Below, in pieces: positions 55,224 to 64,000 of a DNA stretch of 64,000 nt (within the stretch, counting starts at the first letter, position 1; the number at the start of each line of letters is the position of its first letter). The position numbers and the translations under genes are program-made. The stretch is from Octopus vulgaris. Its lineage: Eukaryota. Below the pieces are notes generated by a model. The model had not been told where the DNA came from. It saw nothing but the letters and a program-made list of their open reading frames with translations, and made no database searches. Location of the stretch: the NCBI GenBank assembly GCA_951406725.2, contig OX597826.1, forward strand, positions 2,790,001 to 2,854,000, written 5' to 3'.

Positions 55224-55439
55224 TGTGTGTGTTTGTGTGTCTGTGTTTGTCCCCCTAGCATTGCTTGACAACTGGTGCTGGGGTGTTTATGTCCACGTTA
55301 CTTAGCGGTTCGGCAAAAGAGACCGATAGAATAAGTACTGGGCTTACAAAAGAATAAGTCCCGGGGTCGAGTTGCTCGATTAAAGGCAGTGCTCCAGCAT
55401 GGCCGCAGTCAAAAGACTGAAACAAGTAAAAGAGTAAAA
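55007..55439 (+). mobile_element. SINE family B, full-length well-preserved copy
   Basis: Box A-like GCGGCTGTGTGG, box B-like GGTTCAGTCCC, CORE-like ACCTTGGGCAAGTG, internal (TA)n(TG)n and a GTAAAAGA-type tail. Confidence 0.92.
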
Positions 55440-55441
55440 TG

Positions 55442-55472
<31 letters not shown>

Positions 55473-55831
55473 GGGGGAAGAGAGAGGGAGGGAGAGAGAG
55501 ACTGATAAATAGATTGATTGATGCAAATTTAGATAGAAAAATAAATAAAAGTGAGGATAGATGGATTGATGGATGGATGAACTGATGGGCGGCCGGATGA
55601 TAGGATATTCAGGTAAACTGATAGACTCACAGGTGGAATTGATAACGTCTGAACTGTCTTGGAGATACTGACTAACACGTAAACACAAAACCTTAATAAA
55701 CATACAAACATATTCACACATACACACATATATACAAACACACATGATATGTATGTATGTCTGTCTGTATGTATGTATGTATGTATGTGTGTATGTATGT
55801 GTATATATATATATATATATATTTATATATA

Positions 55832-55876
<45 letters not shown>

Positions 55877-56454
55877 CATATATATGTGCCTGTGTGAATT
55901 CAAAAATCTCCAATTGGCGTGCTGAGTGCTGATGATATCACAAGTGAGATATGCTGGACGCCATTTTCTTCGGACGTGATGTCAAACCAGACAGCAGTAA
56001 TTGATTAGGACTGCAAGTATAACATTCTGTGATAATTTTATAAGCCCATAGCGAAGTGTCGCTTATTGGTAATACATTATTTGCAATTCATGTAAATGGA
56101 GAATATTTTAAATCATTTTGGTTAACAATATAAATCAAGAGTTAACTCCAGTCTTTAAACGACCGATGTGATTCAGTTATTATTTAAAAATCCTTTTTAT
56201 GTGAAATATGAATACGTTGAAAATATGTTTACGAAATGACTCACACGAATTGACGTAGATTCGCTAAGGCTGTAAACGGTGCACAAGATTATTACATTAT
56301 TTCAGTTAGACACTTCCTTTATTTTATTAAGAAGATCAGATATTAAATATTTTCTAGCAAAGAAAGATATGATGAAAAGGTGTGCACTGAGGACGCATAG
56401 TACTAAGACGGTATCTCGGATATTGCAATAAGGTACACGACAATAGTAATTATG

Positions 56455-56547
56455 GATAATAATGACATTAATATTAATGACAAGAAGAAGAACAATAGGA
56501 GCAACAAGAACAACAACGATAGTAATAATAATAATGATAATAATAAC

Positions 56548-56626
<79 letters not shown>

Positions 56627-56827
56627 TTGATAATAATAATAATAATAATAAGAATGATGATGATGATAATAATAATAATAATAATAATGATAATAATAAT
56701 AATAATAACAATAATAATAATAATGATGATGATGATGATGATTATGATGATGATAATAATAATAATAATAATAATAATGATGATGATGATAATGATAATA
56801 ATAATAATGATAATAATGATAATAATG

Positions 56828-56864
<37 letters not shown>

Positions 56865-56980
56865 TAATAATAATAATGATGATGATGATGATGATTATGA
56901 TGATGATAATAATAATAATAATAATAATAATGATGATGATGATAATGATAATAATAATAATGATAATAATGATAATAATG

Positions 56981-57054
<74 letters not shown>

Positions 57055-57060
57055 TATAAT
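56455..57060. repeat. Compound (AAT)n/(GAT)n microsatellite with a ~153-bp higher-order duplication
   Basis: Variant AAC and TAT triplets recur at a 153-bp offset (56709 and 56862). Confidence 0.93.
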
Positions 57061-57660
57061 GATCTTTGCAACCACTCGAATACTCTGGAGGGTGCTCGAA
57101 AAACTAGAGGCGTTGCCCTAGTTCACTGGTAGTGAACAGCTGACACTGTAATAGTCTTATAATAATACTACTTGTCACTGCGTTACTTAGCCAGTCTGTA
57201 TCGCTTTCACGTGGTTAGAGAAAAGGAATGAGAGAGGAAAAGAGGGAAAGAGAAGCGTCCATGACGTGAGGTGGAGTAAGTGTAATTGTAAGGCGGTCAC
57301 GTGATTAGTTGTAGGGAAAGAGAACGTAAAAGACGGACCGAGAATTGACCATGGCCTGAGGTGGGGGAACGTAATATTTACTACGTAGTTTAAAACAGTT
57401 ATTTGAAGTTAGAAGATAAAAGTTGAAAATATAATTTTAGCAGTGGGGTGATGTACTGATGGTGAGGTTCAAGAAAGGCAGAGAGAGAGAGGGGAGAGAG
57501 AGAGAGGACGAGGAAGAGGCAAGGAAGAGAGTGGGGTAGTGATAGGGGATAATGATGATGATGGTGCTGGTCGCTGTAAGGGGGATTGAGGTGGGGGAGA
57601 TGGTGATGGTGGAGGTGGTGGTGGTGATTGGATAGTAAAAATTGAATCCCTAGCACGCCG

Positions 57661-58117
57661 GGCTTCGACACATTTCCTGTGTCCTTATATATTTACGAAG
57701 GGGAGACAAATACCCTCAACAGCTAGGCCTGCATCTAGAGACACACGTGTTTCAGGGTCTTTGCCCATCATCGGTCTAGAGTAGCAGAAGCCTGCTAGCT
57801 GAAGATGTCTGTCTCGACTTCGCAAATATATATATCTAATTTTCAGTGAAGTTTATTCACTGATCACCAAAATCAGAAATATTAAACTTCTAAATATCTC
57901 ATAGAGATATGTACGGTGATGGGGCGATAGAAGACCCTGAAACATGCGTGTCTCTAGATGCAGGCCTAGCTGTTGGGGGTATTTGTCTCTCCTTCGTAAA
58001 TATCTAAGGACACAGGAAATGTGTCGAAGCCGACAGGAAGCGGCGATGCTTCCTAGGGCTAAACAGCGGTGATGTAATCCCCTACTGTCACGTTAAATTG
58101 ACAGTATACAACCATTC

Positions 58118-58119
<2 letters not shown>
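57661..58119. mobile_element. Inverted-repeat HHR element (family H6) ending in (TTA)n
   Basis: Arms 57661-57761 and 57931-58031, about 5 mismatches in 101 bp. The plus copy extends to the (TTA)n tract at about 58120. Confidence 0.88.
57734..57780 (-). ncRNA. Type I hammerhead motif (GUC site, U4C core) on an extended stem I
   Basis: TCTAGA-CCGATGA-T-GGG caaaga CCC-T-GAAA-CACGTGTG-TC-TCTAGA. Confidence 0.75.
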
Positions 58120-58174
<55 letters not shown>

Positions 58175-58187
58175 CATTATTATTATT

Positions 58188-58220
<33 letters not shown>

Positions 58221-59376
58221 GATGTTGCTGTTGTTGTTTTACTTATTTTAATATTCTCATTATTCATAATGATAAAACTTAGAGTGAAAGGAAAGCAAGA
58301 GTGATTCTTAATAAAGTAACAAATACCTTCCAAGCTAATTGTTTGTTAAACACTGTTCCTCAGTTTACGCTTTTGTGAGTCTCTGTGTTCAACAACGTTT
58401 CCATTTGCAAACCATCCAACCCCCTCACCTCTTAATGGACCTTAATACATTGGCTTGCTAAGTGAGAATTATTAAAGTAATCACCGCTTGCAGAGAATAA
58501 TAACTTACCGATTTAAAAGTGCTGCATTCGTCAGAAGGATTTTAAGGTTAGATAAGTCAGTGGATTTAATAAAATTAAAACCATTCCTGACAACACCGTC
58601 TCCATCGTCATTATAATCTCTGTGTTCTGTACACACACCTCTGCTGTTCGTCAATCCATTACTGAGTCATAGCTTGGTTTAAAGTAATGTTCTGTAATCT
58701 CACAGACTTCGGTGATCTTTACTCGTTAATGGCGCAGAGGGTACGTGGTGCAAAATTTCAGAAGAAAAGCGAACAATTTGGATTTCCAGAAATGCACGTT
58801 GCGATTAAAATCTGTTTATTTATGAATCAATATTGACTCGATTTGAATAATGGTTAAATTATATCTAGCTTCCTGTTTACCGTAAATCAGCCATCATATT
58901 CAAAAGCATAATCAAGATTGCTTTATGAGAAACATTTACTTTTTCCCAAAAAGCAACTGAAGAAAGAAAAAAACAATCTATTCAAAAACAAAGCTGACAG
59001 TGAAATATTTGCAGCATTGATTCCGCTGTAGATTATTACATCTCACAGTAAGTTCCTCTCTTCCTCGTAAATATTTTTAATCATTTATGTAACGACCTGC
59101 AGTCATTACGCTTCTTTCAGGCCATAATATCGCTTTATTACATACATTGTATCATTATAATAAAGAGGTAATAGACACGCTGGAATGATATTTTGATATA
59201 AACACTTCATAATCAAGTTGTCAAAAAATAGTTTATATACGTTCCTAATTTTATCAGATTACATCAAATAAAAAAATATTCCAAAATTTCCGAAACAATT
59301 ACCAGTCCGCTTAAATAGAAGGCGAACCTCAAAAGATATATATATGCGCATTCTCACTCTCACCTTCCCTCCTCCG

Positions 59377-59420
<44 letters not shown>

Positions 59421-59702
59421 ACGTGCTCATACACAAACAAATAAACACATACACACACATACATATAATTGCAGTTTTAAGCTAAGTGTTTTAAGTACAT
59501 CGAATTTTTGCTTTGATAGAACAACTCCACAATGATGTGAATGGCATACATGTATACAGGAATATACATACATACGTACATACATACACACACATACATA
59601 CCATACATACACACATACATAACATTCATACATACACACATACATACACAGATATAGAAACAGAGAGACATATATGTTTATGCATATTCATATATACATA
59701 TA

Positions 59703-59851
59703 CGACTGTATGGTAAAAAGCTTGCTTCCCGACGGGACTGTTCCGGGTTCTGTCTCAGTGAGTGGTACCTTGGATACGTATCTTCTGCTGTAGCCTCGAG
59801 CCAACTATAGCCTGTAAGTGGATGTTATAGGCGGAAACTGAAAGAAGCCTG

Positions 59852-59853
<2 letters not shown>
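59703..59853 (+). mobile_element. SINE family B 5' half
   Basis: CTGTATGGTAAAAAGCTTGCTT...GGAAACTGAAAGAAGCCTGTC. Confidence 0.85.
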
Positions 59854-59896
<43 letters not shown>

Positions 59897-59901
59897 AATA
59901 A

Positions 59902-59946
<45 letters not shown>

Positions 59947-60014
59947 CATATATATATATATGATTGTGTGTGTGAGTATATATGTGTGTGCGAATGTGCG
60001 TGTGTTTGTGTTAC

Positions 60015-60297
60015 GCGGACGTAAACACACCAGCATCGGTTGTCAAGTGATGTTGGGGAGACAAACACAGACACACAAACATACACACACACGCACACAC
60101 ACACACACATATATATATATATGTGTGTGTGTACATATGTAGGGGGGGCTTCTTTCAGTTTCCGTCTACCAAATCCACTCACATGGTCTTCGTCGGCCCG
60201 AGGTTATAGTAGAAGACACTTGCCGAAGGTGCCGCGCAGTGAGACTGAATACGGAACCATGTGGTTGGTAAGCAAGCTACTTACCACACTGCCACTC
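60015..60297 (-). mobile_element. SINE family B, truncated and inverted relative to its neighbour
   Basis: CTTCTTTCAGTTTCCGTCTACCAAATCCAC...GCTACTTACCACAC. Confidence 0.9.
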
Positions 60298-60699
60298 TTT
60301 CACGAGTATAGCACAATTATTAAAATTCTATATAAGGTAATACAGTATATATTTTATATCTGTTGATAAATTACCGTACGAGCTTTTACGCGGTTGTTTA
60401 AAGAGGAATTCTTGATGCGATCATCCAAATAGGGTACAGCGATCATTAGTACAAGAGCAATGAAGACAAATTATAATATTCACTGCTGCAGGAGACGTAT
60501 GTTTAAGAATTTACTCCTGCTTTTAGTTATATCGCCATTGATATGTAGGTGTGCAAAACTACGTAAGCACAGGGACGTCTAAAATCTTACTGGACCACTG
60601 AATAACCTCAGTTCACAAAATTTAGATGTGATACAAATTCGGTAAATAACAGCCTTAATAACGCGTGCACCCTCATCCTGGCGAACTAAAAGCAAAGGT

Positions 60700-61290
60700 C
60701 TATTAGTGACAGGTTACAAATGGGAATTGCCCCTTAAATGTACAATATTGTTCGCAGTACAGATAACATAGCAGTGAAATTGTTTGACTTGTACAGATTG
60801 GATATCGCAAATGCAGCTTAGAGGTTTTGGTGAAAGCGCTGCCGGGGTCATGTAAAACGTGTCTAGACAGAATTTGCATTATGCCTACAGATATGAACAT
60901 GTTAGTATTTTCACAAATCGTGATGGGTGGCTATACAGATTACAAATTTGTGATCTATTCACAAAGCTGTGATAGCTTATTAGATAGAGACCTTGTTACG
61001 AGGGAACAATTTTATTTGTAGTTGTCTGAAATTTTATGAGACAATTAAGTACCATTAGAATCAGTAGGGTCTAATATATAATCAGATATATTGAGTAATT
61101 AAGTAGAGGAGTCGATGATTGGTGAAATGGAAGGTATCGTTTGAGATGGCAGCAACTACGACGTTACGATTTCGCGAAAAGATTTGTGTTAGCGGCAATA
61201 GGAGGGCTAAGAGACCTGCTCTGGGACCTAGTGAAGTACCCCCGGTTAGCAATGAAGGGTGCTACAAAAGGCCTCGGGATTTCTGCCATG
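60700..61290 (+). pseudogene. Decayed L1/Tx1-type LINE ORF2, APE endonuclease C-terminal region
   Basis: LFDLYRLD.AN...W, GSCKTCLDRICI (the LDRI motif) and GGYTDYKFV (the S/TDH motif). Confidence 0.6.
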
Positions 61291-64000
61291 CAGTACAAAC
61301 TATATGTCACACGATATCAAAAACATGTCACTTTTTTTCAGTAACATTTCAAATTGATAATAGGAGGCAAAATCAGCGAAACTTTCTTTCACTAAAATTT
61401 TCCATAATTTCTTCTGTCTTTGGAATCAGGATTTAGGGTGGATCACGAAATATATTACATTACTTACCCTCTGTTAAATATAAGCAACATGATATATTGC
61501 TTCGTAGTAGTTCCTTTATTTTTTTTTCGACCTCGCAAATCCTGGATATTGTCCTCCTGTTCTAACATCCATTTAAATGCTTTTGCACTAAACTTGACCC
61601 AACGCTAAAACTAGCATGTTAACATACATGTTTCAACTACCAAGGGAAATATGTCCAGGTAGCTGCAATTATGAACGAGGGCCCTGTCTATCAATTATCT
61701 TGGACTATCTATGTTGTGCTTACTAATGCCGTGTTTGGTTGTTCGAGGGAGAAAGAAGTAATAAATGCTGTACAGAAATGTGACTTAAGGATGTGAAGGA
61801 GCTTGACTTGTGACGAGGGCGGTTGAGGAGGTTTGTTTAAGATACATAGCTAACCATTTTATTTGACCTTTGTTCAATACTGAACAAATTTCTGAATTAC
61901 CTTATATGTATATATATGAATGTATTGTGCCTCTGTGTCTGTAGATATGTATATATGTTCATATATATATATCCATGCATATTATTTCAATATATATATA
62001 CAAATGTACGCACATATATACATATACATTATATATTATATATGTGTGTGTGTTTGTGTGTTTGTTTGCATATGGATACCCACTTACACGCAAATACATG
62101 CATCAAAGTACGCCAGTCAATGTGCACATTCATGTACATGTGTGTGTATATATATATATATATCTATATCTATATATATTTATGTGTGTGTGTCTGTGTG
62201 TGTTTATGCGTGTGTGCATATATATACAGATTGAGAGAGAGAGAGGAAGAGGAAGATAGATAGAGAGTGTGCGTATAAGTTTCAATGCATATATATACAT
62301 AGATATGTACGAACATATTTGCGTGTCTATGCATTTATGCATACGTGTATTTGTATGAATTTTCATGTCTGCCGTTACACATACATATTGCAAATATTCT
62401 TTTGTTATAGAAATTCGGCTATAGAAAATACATTTACCAAATGTATCTAAAAAATATGAATATTATTAAATTGCTATGATTAAATTCTCCTGATAAGTTT
62501 TTGTGTATTTTTCAACTGAACATTTCTTTACAATGAATTGCATAATTGCCATTCTAAATGCAGTGCTTTAAGCTCACAGACATATGCTGATTCGTGAGCA
62601 CATAGGAATCGATTTTATCTTCCACTGGTATTTATATAAGCTTTCGGCTGAAAATTTTGGCGGCGTAATTTTCGCTGAATCTTTCAACTCACTCCATCGA
62701 ATATTGCATTTTGTAGAGTGTTTAATCTTGAAGAGAATGGCGGAATGGTTTATAAGTTAATTTAGTGAACACCAGTATTCGATTTCGGTCTATGTATTGT
62801 GTGCTTTCTGGAGCCAAAGTCTTTTTTTTTTTTTCAATATCATTGATATACTCAAACGTTTGTAGTAAATATGGGAAGACGGAGTTTGCGTTGAAAATCG
62901 TCACATGATGAAGACAACAGTGATGATTACGATGATGATTATGATGATGGTGATGGTGATGATGATGATGATGATGATCATCATCATCATCATCATCATC
63001 GTCATCATCATCATCATCACCAAGATGTGCATTCGTGCTTTCTCAATTACATCTCTTTTGTCGTAAATATTTGGTCGACCCAAACTTTGGGAAGTAAGCA
63101 GGGCACAGATATTGTGCATAAGACTGTCAATCGGATTGAAAATCTTACTGAAAAGAAACACAACCACAGTTTCTGGTAATCCCCTTGTGAAAATTAGGCT
63201 AAGCGCCTGTGAAATATGCGGCCACTTGTTGTAGACTTTGTTTCAAATAATCGAATCACTGGACCTACATCATAGAATGTAGTCGAGTCTGTTTCAAGTA
63301 TTTCATCAAGATGGCGTGCCATTACTTTCGTTCCCATCTGCTTTTGTAACAATTTCACGTCCATCTCGCATATTATTTCATTCATAACTTTCAAAGGTAG
63401 CGAAAACTTTGCTCTATATTATGCTGTGTCTACATACAGCATACAGCTGTTAAAATATTTTTATCTTTCTGTAAATATTTAATTGTAAGATGTCTTTTCT
63501 TTTTCCTTAAAACTGCAGATATTTCAAAAACCGCGTACTTAAATATGTGAATGCTGTGTAAATGTTCTCTATAATACCTTAATTTCAGTTTTAAATTTTA
63601 AACCATGTTTCTCGTTGACACCAAGTAGTTATCTCCCTTTTAATAACTGTAGCCGTTTGAGGGATCACATGTTGTATGAACATTTGCGTTATAATTAGTT
63701 TCCGGAATAACCGTCTTGATGTGTCAGCGTTCTGTACGAAGTTGAATTAACCAACTTGTTAAAGATCATAATGTTAATTAACTAGGAATTTTCTCAAGTA
63801 AAATATGGTATTTATCAAATATTCGGAATTTGCGTTTGTGAATTACTAAGATTCACTTCTGCAAATCTTTCTCAAATCCGATATTTTATTCTACCACAGA
63901 GAAATCAGGTGACGCACGTTAACAGCTTACTTCTTCACACGGCATTGATATGGTATTCATAATTATAATGATAATAATAATAATAATAATAATAATAATA

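Noticed and set aside
56302-57132. Long poly-Asn/Asp or poly-Ile protein
   Set aside because: The frames are open only because the AAT/GAT triplet phase is maintained.
57795-57838. Plus-strand hammerhead (CTGAAGA-GTC..GAC) that would make the rod ambisense like a viroid
   Set aside because: The GAAA box is broken (GCAAA) and there is no valid NUH site or stem I register.

Overview
AT-rich, microsatellite-saturated eukaryotic non-coding DNA. The SINE repertoire is most consistent with an octopod cephalopod (Octopus), which is an inference from recalled repeat families. I found no intact host gene, and nearly all listed ORFs are microsatellite artefacts. The window holds a full-span but decayed Gmr1-type LTR retrotransposon (integrase before RT, both LTRs, tRNA-Pro PBS, PPT, nested SINE), two mariners (one next to an empty-site paralog), many tRNA-derived SINEs, a Tx1/L1 endonuclease relic and several decayed Penelope-like element (PLE) fragments. 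The main hidden signal is about 15 minimal type-I hammerhead ribozyme (HHR) motifs from roughly 9 sequence families. Many sit beside (TA)n or (ATT)n microsatellites, three are in long inverted repeats, most have palindromic (dimer-type) stem III, and many have non-canonical cores. One element joins a tRNA-like Pol III head to an HHR-bearing PLE-type 3' end, making it a candidate PLE-mobilised ribozyme SINE or retrozyme. All folds were read by eye and none is tested.
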